DNA of 64,000 nucleotides from Nitrospirales bacterium (GTDB lineage Bacteria; Nitrospirota; Nitrospiria; Nitrospirales; UBA8639): NCBI GenBank assembly GCA_965203295.1, contig CBDBCZ010000018.1, positions 1,248,001 to 1,312,000 of the forward strand, read 5' to 3'. Shown piece by piece: positions 53,677 to 64,000 of this stretch (position 1 is its first letter; each line of letters starts with the position of its first letter). The notes under the pieces were generated by a model. It saw only the letters and a program-made list of their open reading frames with translations, ran no database searches and was not told where the DNA came from. The position numbers and the translations under genes were made by a program.

Positions 53677-54141
53677 GGTGAGCGATTGTCAGCGTCTGTG
53701 CAAAATAGATACTGCGAAAACAAACTCACTGGCAAAGTCTTCAGAGCAAGACTGTGAGGGTGTCGATCAGCCCATTTTAATTTATACTCACCTGACAGCT
53801 GTTTGGCCACGCCTCTGTGAGATGACTTGTGTGATTGATTCCGAACGGATTCAAAACGTCGGGACTCGGAAGGGCTGATCCAAGGTAATACTGCGTGGGT
53901 GGTTCGAACTATTAAATATTAAACTGGCATTTACAATAGCTACAGAGTATTAGCGCAGCTACAGTGGAACCCCTCTATTGTGGACACCTCGGGGACCTGG
54001 TGAAGTGCGTGTCCTGTACATGTATAGACTTTACTGCAGAAATAAATGTCTAGCATAAGTGTTATTTGAGACATAGCTAGGCGAGGTGTCTATATTTTAG
54101 GGTATCCTTAGTAAGAAGTTAATATTATGTTATAGCTATAT

Positions 54142-54310
54142 AAAGGTCAGTTTGGGTGAGGGGAATTTAAAGTTTGAGGCAAAGCCGAGGATTTTAACCC
54201 CTCACCTTTAACTGATTTAATCTACATTGGTAGAGCAATAATCCCTGTATGTAGCCTCCTTTGAGTGCTATAAGCGTGGGAAAAAGTGGTTGCCATGGTA
54301 ATGTACATTA
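54142..54310. repeat. Dispersed repeat, also at ~61-242 (short inverted piece at ~62271-62298)
   Basis: Shared TTGGGTG...GTTTGAGG...CGAGGA.TTTAACC...TAACTGATTTAAT...ATCCCTGTATG...GCCTCCTTTGAGTGCTAT...GAAAAAGTG.TTGCCATGGTAA. Confidence 0.75.
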
Positions 54311-56027
54311 AGGTAACAAGGTATCATGAGACTCAGTTTCTTCATAGTACGCATGTAAGGCTGACGATGTGCGTATACGATGCGTAATGGCTCTGAGCCC
54401 TATTCTCTAACAATACCTCAGCTCCACCATGGCATAATTAAAACATGCTTTTAGCCTCCACTGGTCTACTGAGTTACGATAAAATCATAAATGGCATGTA
54501 GCATTAGCTACGTAGTTACAGCTTCACCAGCACGCTGACAAAATGACTATATATATTCCACGAGCATTATTTGAAGATCAAACTGCTTTGTTTGTAGCTA
54601 CAGCAGCTATAGCTAATGTGAATGAGGCATTACGGATGGTCTATGCGCTAGTGTCATCAGGCATCTTCGCATGGTTGGATCACTCACGGACCCAGATGTC
54701 AATAATATGGTCTATAATATTATCATCACCTATTAATCCTTGCTTACTGTATTTATTTATTTGTTATTTCTTTGCGCCTGTATACTGGTGTGCTTACCGT
54801 AATAATATTTAAAAGTCTAAACATAGTACATACCTACCATAAAGTTTACAAGAGTTTAAGTGGATTTTGCAGAAAAAAATAGTACATGATACTTTCAATT
54901 AAATCTCTCACACTCCACTAACAAGCCAAAACCCACCCACTCTTCAACGTGACTATTATATCTAAGACTATCATGCAGAAGTGAATATTTGTCACTTTTG
55001 GTGATTGCTACTATCAAAGTCCATGCATGTGATCTACTGCTACTGATGCAACACCAACTTCATAGTTAGAGTCTAGTGATATCATGTCCCCTAACATACA
55101 AAAATCTAATGTATACTGAACTAAAAGTGGGTGTCAAGCTTCAAGCACGACTTACATAGCTATTTATTAGGCCACCAGAGCCAGATATGGAAATTTCTTT
55201 GCAGTCACTGTGGCACGTGGCTAAATAGCTACATATCAATTTTCCACAACCTCAACACATCAATCCAACATAATCCCTAAGCTCTGAAACCTTAAATTTC
55301 CACTACATATATGCACTGTTTGGAAATTCCCTGAAATGCGTTACGAAGAAATTTGACAGGAAATCTGGTGTTTCGGGTACAGGGTAGTATAGGATAGGGC
55401 AGAATTTCATGCAATTTCCTGAACACATTTCTGCTGCATGTCAGTATATGGATGTATATGTATACTGTGACATTGATTGGTAGAAAGAGAACTTTGATCA
55501 AAATTGACCGTCTTTACCATAACCCAGCACTCCACACATTTAGCTAAATGCACAGGCCCCAAAGATGTGTAACTCTACGTAACAATGGCTAAATGTTTCT
55601 ATACGGTTACATTGATGCAGATTCATCCAGAAATGAAAAAAACATCTAGAGAGTTATGAGGCTGCTGATATAATTCTTGATTACATGGTAGTTTTTTTGA
55701 AAATGGCACTGCATCTCTGGAAATGAAATCTATATAGCATGGGTTGCTACTATAGTTGCAAGTTAGTATTTGTAATTTGCCTGATGGTTGTCTTGATAAG
55801 ACAGTTGGAAAAGTGCAAAACCAAGGAAGTGCCAGGTATACCATGTAAATAATTATGGAAGATTATTGATTGCATGGTAGCCCTAAGGAACAACAATAGT
55901 TATGTGCTGTTAGAATTATTAGTACACAACACGTAACTGGTATATTTATAAACAAAACATAACTAATAATAGCATTAATTTATTGCCAATAGCCACTGTA
56001 ATTTGGATTTACGAGTGAGGAGGTGTA

Positions 56028-56164
<137 letters not shown>

Positions 56165-57292
56165 ACGGCCAACTCATTACATGTACATGTAGGCTATATA
56201 CTCCCCCCCATCCCAAACACAATAAATATGCTACTATAACAGTCAAACTTAGCATTAATGGACTGCCAGGGAAATGAAACCCCTGTGCCCCATCCACTGT
56301 TGCCTGTTTGTTAGTGATGCATAAGACATGCAGTTCCATGGAATCATTTCTGCTTCTACTAGTAGCTGGCAAGTGCTGTTAGAGGATTAAGTGGCTATAA
56401 AGTATAGCTTTACTGCTCCTCTGCCAATTAATGGGCTCCACTATAGCTCAATGGTAAAAGCCAGACTAGGTATTTTAGCGGAGTGGCTATCCAGCGCTAT
56501 ATACATCAACGCTGTGCACTTATTAAATTTTGTCCACTATTATTGTATCGAAAGACACTTTTATAGCAAACTCTTGAGAATAGTATGGAAATAATAGTAG
56601 ATTATAATAACATCAAAGAAATCATTGCAAAGGTTTGGAGTAGGATTATCTCAAGCCTATAAAAGCATCAATCTGACTGGTATTCAGAAGATCCTGGGTT
56701 CAATCCCCAGCTGGGTCCCGTAATTTCTTTAATTTCTCAGAAAGCCATCATCTCGCGTGACAGTGTACAGGTGCGAAGCGGCTATTATGGAGATCGAGCG
56801 TTACATGCAAAACATGACTCTTATATTGTGTAATAAAATGGGCATGGGATAGTTCGTAGAGGGAAGCAATTGTATTAGAGTGTTCTAAAAACAATACATG
56901 ATTTAGTAGGAGCAAAAACTATTATAGTCATCTGAAACTAGACCTTCAAGGGTGGAATAGCTATACTATTTTTACCCACTCAAATCAACTCATTTAGTTA
57001 TGGTTAACTATTACTATTTTTTTTCATTCTCGGCCCTTTGGCTAACTGAAAGTTAAAATTATACTTTTCTTGATACCCTTTTACTAAAACACTAAAGCTA
57101 AGCTTGATTTGGGTGTAGTTTAAATTAGTTGTCCCATGCATCCTTGATGTTTTAGCTTTATTGCTAAATTTGTCTAGTATACTAGTACGTAGGCTTGCAG
57201 TTATTCAGATGATTATAAAATACATGTAATAATATTGTGACCACGCAAGCACGCAGCGTTTATCAGTGGCGCGCGCCAGGATGAGTGAGCTG

Positions 57293-57723
57293 TAGGCTTG
57301 GGCGGATTATGCCGGCATAATTTTGGGAATAATAGGCACGAAGAAGCATCGAGAATAATGCGGGAATAATAGGGCAGTTTTCAGAAATAATGCGAATCTT
57401 GAACGGAAATATTCGGAGTAGATCTCGCCCACCACAATCTCTGCATGCGCTTATGGTGTCTAGCAGTGGTTCTGAAGGGAGAATGGCTGGTCTACAGCAT
57501 ACAAATTATTTTATTCCAACATACCCTGCTTCAGTAGTGATAAATAGCGTCACAAGCCAGTCAGCGACCGAAGAAAGTGCTACACACGCGATTTTTTTGG
57601 GGGGGATTTTAGTGGGAAGAATGCGAGAATAATAGGTAGTCACTCGGGAATAATAGGGCAGTTTTGTGAGAATAGGGGAATAGAATTATAGCTAACTTTT
57701 TGAGCATAATCCGCCCAACCCTA
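57293..57723. mobile_element. hAT-like MITE
   Basis: TIR TAGGCTTGGGCGGATTATGC / GCATAATCCGCCCAACCCTA. 8-bp TSD GTGAGCTG. Confidence 0.88.
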
Positions 57724-58259
57724 GTGAGCTGTGTAGCTATGCAAAAGGCCTAGGACTGGGCGCTGAGTGTCTATAGCGAAGTCTTGAGAATAGTATGGAA
57801 ATAAAGGTAGATTATAATAGCATCAGAGAAATCATTGCAAAGGTTTCGAGTAGGATTATCTCGAGCATATATTGTGTAATTAGTGAAAAAGAATTCGAAA
57901 TTCGTCCGTCCAGTGAGTTTGATGATTAGCATTAATAATCCGAACAACCATCTCCTTAGCGAATACGCGTACTTCTAAGCATTATCGAATGCCACGACCG
58001 CTACAGCCATGTTATTGACATGCTACTATACTACTTTTCGACCTCCTACATTAATTGTTAATCAATCTATGTGTGCAAAATTTCATCGCGAGCAATATTA
58101 TAGCAAAAACAATCAACTTGTCCTGCGTACAAAAAAATTCTAAATAAAAAACTTGTCCTACGTACACAAGAAACACTATAGCCTAAAGTAAGAGCAGCTG
58201 ATTCGAACGCAGAGTCACAGTAGCGAAAGTGCAGTTATCGCGGCATTTCGCGTCCCCGT

Positions 58260-59531
58260 CTATTTGCCCTCACCGGGATTGACAACGGTGACTCCGAGGA
58301 TAAAGGGATACGTGGCTTTAGACTCGACATGGAACTGCTGGTTATCGGTGTTCTTCGACCACTTCTCTTCATCGTGACCGCCACTGCCTCCGATCCGGAA
58401 CGGGCCGATGCGAATACCACCAGAGGCGTCCCAGTGCTCCTTGTACTTCTTGTACACGCTAGAGGTTGTCTTTATGTCAACACTCATCCTCAGTCCTACG
58501 ACCATACCAGTCAGTTTCAGCGGAAACACGCCATCTTTGCCGAAAACGGGCTTTTTGCCGTCTCCACCGCTCGTACTGAAGGGCGGGTTCCAGTTGTTTT
58601 CCGTGGACATACGGTTTAGAATGCCACCGTTGTACCACTCGGGTGCGGGCGAGACTTCGGTCAGTTTGTATGCGTCGATCGTGATGTTAACTTGCACAGA
58701 TTTGTCCTCTTCCTCAATGTTCAGTTTGTTCCAACCCCCGTTGCCATAAACTCCGAAAAAGCCCCAATCCAAGCCAGTGCTCCCACCAGCCCAAGACTTC
58801 TCCATAGAATACGACTGGTCCTTTCCGGAAAGACTGATCGACAGACTCGTTCCGCCCCCTGCAGCAACGCGGTCCGACCATACTTTAGGATCTTCGAAGA
58901 CGTAGAAGGGTCGCATCGAGGTCTGCATCCCAATTTGAACTTGTACAAAGCCGGGCTTGGGCGTTTTGTCTGTTGGTACCGTGGCAGCGTCAATAGCTTT
59001 TTTCAGATCTGGATTTTTTGCAGCGACAACCAGACCTTTCGTCTCCAGCGCTTTGTCAAGTGCGGCCCTATCCATATCCAGAGTGCCCTTCCAGCCTTGG
59101 TCGGCCATAAACTCGTCGTACGATGGCTTAGGTATGCCCGGCTGGAGCGAATTTGTATACGTTGTAAACGCATCATTGGCTTGCAGTGTGTCAGTCGTCA
59201 GCTTGTTCCGAGTACGGGTGACCTCCTCGTCCGCTTGCCTCACTCTGTCTTCGTCAAGACCTTGACCGAGCGCGTTCCACAAACTCAGCACTTGGAGGTA
59301 AGTTTGGTTCATATCGCTTCCACCCGGTACGTACGTGCCAGAATTGGACCAATTCGGCACCTGCCCGACGAATCGATAGGCCTGGTCATTGATGAAGCCT
59401 ACAGTAGCCGGCGCCCAAGTCCAGTCCTGTTGAGGACTCATCAGCTGAAAGTTCTGCCCCCCACCTCCGAGTACCTTCTGCACTATCTGGTCATACGTCT
59501 GACCGTAGAGGTTCATTGTTGGAGTCGTCAT
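58260..59531 (-). CDS. Uncharacterised family, paralog 4 (subtype B), 423 aa
   Basis: Intact single-exon ORF, colinear with the other paralogs. TATAAAT on the minus strand at 59645-59639. Confidence 0.9.
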   Translation of the reverse strand: MTTPTMNLYGQTYDQIVQKVLGGGGQNFQLMSPQQDWTWAPATVGFINDQAYRFVGQVPNWSNSGTYVPGGSDMNQTYLQVLSLWNALGQGLDEDRVRQADEEVTRTRNKLTTDTLQANDAFTTYTNSLQPGIPKPSYDEFMADQGWKGTLDMDRAALDKALETKGLVVAAKNPDLKKAIDAATVPTDKTPKPGFVQVQIGMQTSMRPFYVFEDPKVWSDRVAAGGGTSLSISLSGKDQSYSMEKSWAGGSTGLDWGFFGVYGNGGWNKLNIEEEDKSVQVNITIDAYKLTEVSPAPEWYNGGILNRMSTENNWNPPFSTSGGDGKKPVFGKDGVFPLKLTGMVVGLRMSVDIKTTSSVYKKYKEHWDASGGIRIGPFRIGGSGGHDEEKWSKNTDNQQFHVESKATYPFILGVTVVNPGEGK

Positions 59532-59804
59532 TGCGAACAGCTGTCAAAAGACGAAATTTCCGAGTTGCTGCAAAAAGGCTTGTTCGTAGTCACCTGCGAG
59601 CGCGCACAGAAGACTGCGGAACTACCGGCGGCAGTGCGATTTATACGCGCGACGCAACATCGACCTCGCCTGATAATTATACCGAGATCGTACGATCGAA
59701 GGTTGAGAGGTCATTAATTAATATCGCTAAAAATTAATCTTAAAAAGTACGCGGTATCAGTCATGAAATATTCCCTCAATCACATACTGACAGTGACTTA
59801 TAAT

Positions 59805-60277
59805 TAGAGATGAGTCTATTGTGCCGGCATAATTTCCAGAATAATCGGTCCATAGAAGCATAAAGCATAAAATTAATCAGGAATAATTGGGTAGTTTTAC
59901 GGGAATAATGCATGTGTAGTGCCTGTCAACTGTGTGGCTAACCCTCCTTGTGGAAAGTGCACAAGCCGTGGTACTATCGGCACTGACTGGAAGACAATCA
60001 GACCTGAGAAGCACGTGGGAGACTACTAGAACGAACACTTCAAGGCATCATTCTTTCGCTACAAAGCCATAAACCACACATACTGCTGTACTTGTGCTGT
60101 AATCATATTTTTCGGGTATTTAACTGACGTAATGTGCATGCGCATTGTTCGTAATTTGTGAGAAAGGGCAATTTTATTACTGGCATAATGGGCACTTTCT
60201 TGAGCATAATCGGTACAATTTTGAGAATTGCTTAAAAGCATAATAGGAGGCAAAAAAGCATAATAGACTCATCTCTA
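59805..60277. mobile_element. hAT-like MITE
   Basis: TIR TAGAGATGAGTCTATT(G/A)TGC. 8-bp TSD CTTATAAT at 59797-59804 and 60278-60285. Confidence 0.88.
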
Positions 60278-60305
60278 CTTATAATCCATAATGGCTGCAT
60301 GTGCA

Positions 60306-60853
60306 TGTCACGACAAATTTGGACCCCCCTAAAATGGTTCCCTCCGGCCATATTTTTCGAAATATTTGGACCCCCCGGAACATATATTTCAGCATAATGT
60401 TGAAATATATGGACCCCCTCTGAAAATTTTGTTCCCCCCCTTCACGAAGAGTCCGAAATTCGAACAAGTCTATTGCATAGTTTTTACCAAGGGAGGCTTA
60501 GCTACTACAGATCTCAGATTAGCAGAAGTTTGAGTAGGCCGCCTGTAAAACAAGCACTGGAGTCACGGGACGGCACAATCGAGTCACCGATGCGAACTGA
60601 AAATTTCAAGCTTGTTTATGAGCTTATTTTAGTTCTATATACTTTCGTAAGCCAGCACTCGCCGGCCATTTTATGATCGTCATCTACGACCATTTCAAGT
60701 ATGATAGTGAATGATTGACAGGCAGTGGCTGCTGGTACACACAGTAGACATGCGGAACTTTTTTTTCAAGGGAGGTCCGAATATTTCACCGCAAACCCGA
60801 AATATTTGTTCGGGGGGGAACGTATTTTACGGGGGTCCAAATTTAACGCGGCA
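60306..60853. mobile_element. Non-autonomous TIR element with GGACCCCC subterminal repeats
   Basis: TGTCACGACAAATTTGGACCCCC...GGGGGTCCAAATTTAACGCGGCA. TSD not clean. Confidence 0.6.
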
Positions 60854-62743
60854 GGCACTATGTACATGTATAATTACAGTTGTATAATATTATATAATAA
60901 ATGGGCACGTCATTCTTGAATATTGGCCATTGCGCCCTGCAGGATGTGTACTCCCTCAAGCATTTTAAAAATTGTACTATTACTTTCCTGGTTAGTGAAT
61001 CTCTACAGGAGATTTGCCATTCATTCACTAACCAGGAAAGTAAATTTAATTGTCTGTTACTTCTTCACTGTCATGCATGTTATTGTGCACCTAATAATTA
61101 TTAGTCCAATCATAATAATATGGAATCGACGGTAGGTGAATGGAGCTTTATTGACCACACATATAGACTAGCTTCATCAGGATCCGATGAAATGGTCAGA
61201 GTATATGTACTAATAATATAGCCTCGAACCCAGGCCTTTCTTTTTTATTATTTTTTGTCTACGTAGCTACGATGGAGGCTACGAAGTATACTGTCGAATA
61301 GACTAGCTACTGGACTAGCTACCACACATTTAGAGCTTGCGTGCTCTCAGATACTTTTCAGGTAGCAAAAACAGGTTATTCTTTGATAAGTACGTATTAA
61401 TAATACATATTGGTAAGTATAGCCTCGTTCAGATCCTACACTTTTTAGCTTTTTTTCACATGACCTTTTTTCACTATGTGCGGAAATAAAGCTGGGTAGT
61501 ACACATGCCATTGTATAGGGACTGGGAATAAGGCTAGGTGGGTGTTAGTCTCAGTCCCAGACCCTCGCTCCCTGCACTCATAAAAAAAAAACACGGAAAA
61601 AGGAAAGTGCCAGAAGAGGGTCTGGTGCAGTTGATACAGAAGGCCTCCATGGGATGTAGCTTGTATGGCTTATTGTGGGTGCGATAATTGAGGCAGGAAG
61701 TTTCAAAGTTAAGTGAGTGCTAAAAAACTAGTGTAAACAGTCCAGTAGTTCAGTGGTCTATTCCAGTATATTCTAATCCAGTATATAGTGCAGCGTCCAG
61801 TAGTCCAGTGATTCTTTCCAGTAGTCTAGTGGTCTTTTCCAGTATAGTTGACTCCAGTAGTCAAGAGTCACTTTCCAGGAGTCCAATTGTCCATCCCAGT
61901 CCACAGAATATACACAGTCAGGATGAAAAATGTAACCTACAGAAAATCAAAAAGAAAAAAAATTGTGAAAGACCATTCAGCTGTACTGTATAGTAGATGC
62001 CAAGGTTAACCTTTGCTAATCAGGCCTCAATAATTTACCCTTTGCCTGCATTCCTACATATTGTACATTGTCAGCAAATGTTCACAGAACCCAATTTATT
62101 TAGCTGGCTTACTAAATATTCAAGAGGTGTTGGTATACACTACCTGTACCTTGGAGGTTAAAGTACATATGTGTGGTGTGTGTGAGCATGCTCAATCATG
62201 CCAAGACTACAAAAAAAACCTCTGTAGTACAACAACCTCATGAATAATTTTACCTATCACAACCGTTATTAATGTACATTACCATGGCAACCACTTTTGG
62301 ACACACACCCCAACAAACTAACAAACAGACACAAAAACGGAAAGCAGTCTTAGAATCAGACATTTAGGTGCTATACACGCTCTGGCTGGTAAAAACCCCA
62401 AAATTTATGCCCCAAGAAAACATGGATTACTTGGGTTTGGTCAGCAGGTGTGGTGCCTGTAAATGGCATGTTTGGAGAAGGCTTCCTACACAGCTGTATT
62501 TCCATTGTGTGTCTGTAGTGATAGGTGCTAGGCAACCACTACATGTACTGGTATATATGGCAGGGAGAAGGGAACAGGGAAAAGTATGGTATGTGTCACC
62601 CTTCAGGGCTGTGGGATTTAGACCCGTAGGTGGCAGACAAGGTTGTAGGTCTTCTAAACTGATTATGCTACATAAGCAGCCAGAGGTGTTAAGGCTGGCA
62701 TGTAGGTCTTCTAAATTGAAGCTACACCAGTCACTACCTGCAG

Positions 62744-63247
62744 TAGGCCTGCACTGATTATGCCGGCATTAAAATGAGCATAAAAGGTACACGAGAGCAT
62801 CGAGCATAATGCGAGCATAATAGGTAGAGTCTCCGAGGAAATGACGTCATTAATTAAATCAACCACGTGGCATTTTTAAGAATCCAAGAAGATGGCGACT
62901 AGAGATCTGAGCGCGCGAGACTCGAGACTCAAGCGGCCAGTAGCAGCTCACAGCAGGCCACTGCCTCTTCCCCGCCGTCGCTTCTTAGCAAGCTTCGAGC
63001 CCCCACGCAGTCTGAGTTAGTGCGGAAGCGCAAGGTCAGAACGAACGAACCGCCTCACACAGGTGCGCAAAAAAGGAAGCCAACTTGCTCGACCGACTCC
63101 TCCAAAGGGGTGAGTGCAGCGCAGACAGCGAATTAATGAGCATAATTCGAGCATAATAGGTATAATTGTGGAGCATAATAGGTACTTTTTTGGAGCAGTG
63201 CAGCATAGCATAATAGGTAGATTTTTAGCATAATCGGTGCATGCCTA
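62744..63247. mobile_element. hAT-like MITE flanked by a 14-bp direct repeat
   Basis: TIR TAGGCCTGCACTGATTATGC / GCATAATCGGTGCATGCCTA. GTCACTACCTGCAG at 62730-62743 and 63248-63261. Confidence 0.85.
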
Positions 63248-63582
63248 GTCACTACCTGCAGGCTGTTATGTTTGAGCACCTGGGAACAAGGCTACTGGTT
63301 TTGTTACCTTAAGGTGACTATTGTTTGCGGTCTGTTAGGTTACTTAGCCTCGTGTCCAGCCCCATGTTGGAAAGGTGGGTCTGGCTCCCATATATTCAAA
63401 GTTGGGGCAGCATTACATCAGCGGTCCCAGATCTGGACCGGCAATGCGATTGGTTGATTATAGTATTACATCACTAAATGGTTGTACGCGTCACTAAAGT
63501 TTTGTTCCTGCAACGTTTTTGTAGCAAGCCCTTGCTGTGTTGTCAAACTACTTTGAGCATTAAGAAGGTCATAAATTTTGAT

Positions 63583-63950
63583 TAGCCTCGTTCCCAGGCC
63601 CGCGCCATTTTCGGTTACACGAAAGATGTCACAGGGCCTGGGATCTAAAGTCACGTGCGCGAGGCAAAGAGTAGAAAGGTAGTAGAAAGGTAATTATGAG
63701 CGTGGGCGAGTACGCGTGCAATTCTCAGACAACGAGCGAAGGTAGCGAGTCTACACTTCTTGTAGCCTTTCTTTATAGCCCATTTGTGCCATAGACTTAC
63801 CGCTGAAAGAAAGTCTCCGGTTAAATGTAGAGAAACGCAGCCGTCTTTCAAAGTGGACTACAACGTAAGTTGATCACGTGACTTTAGTTACCAGGCCCTG
63901 TGACTTTCCTTCGTACAACCGAAAAAGTCGCGGGCCTGGGAACGAGGCTA
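63583..63950. mobile_element. TAGCC...GGCTA element with ~70-bp TIRs, 9-bp TSD
   Basis: TAGCCTCGTTCCCAGGCCCGCG...CGCGGGCCTGGGAACGAGGCTA. TSD AATTTTGAT at 63574-63582 and 63951-63959. Confidence 0.9.
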
Positions 63951-64000
63951 AATTTTGATATTCTCTACATCCAGGACCCTACCTTAATGAGACCTCATTA

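Noticed and set aside
56574..57866. ~85-bp direct repeat (56574-56656 and 57783-57866) considered as an LTR pair
   Set aside because: No TG...CA ends, PBS, PPT or coding remnants. Probably a local duplication.
58692..59717. 341-aa plus-strand ORF overlapping paralog 4
   Set aside because: Antisense shadow of a GC-rich gene, with no equivalent long ORF opposite the other paralogs.

Overview
Eukaryotic (animal) genomic DNA: AT-rich, intron-containing and dense in transposons. Gene and repeat types suggest a non-bilaterian invertebrate, probably a demosponge (inference). The main content is a dispersed cluster of five paralogs of an uncharacterised ~420-aa leaderless protein. Four are intronless and fall into two subtypes (735-2000, 22965-24257, 52414-53676, 58260-59531). 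The fifth is divergent, has one intron and lacks the helical insert (42723-44927). Their layout, with two Gly/Ser-rich amphipathic hairpins, suggests a MACPF/CDC/gasdermin-like beta-pore-forming family; this is an unverified hypothesis. They flank a multi-exon Death/coiled-coil/PxxPxR/CARD-like/Kelch gene with a premature stop, and a small secreted Cys-rich peptide gene. The window also holds a 10.5-kb CACTA transposon (3-bp TSD, intact spliced 960-aa transposase, 13-exon partner gene, tandem-repeat cargo gene) inserted in a decayed Gypsy element. Other elements: a second decayed Gypsy with LTRs and a tRNA-Pro PBS, many MITEs with readable TSDs, non-LTR fragments, SINE heads and microsatellites. 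All gene models were built by hand from GT-AG sites and frame continuity; no database searches were run.
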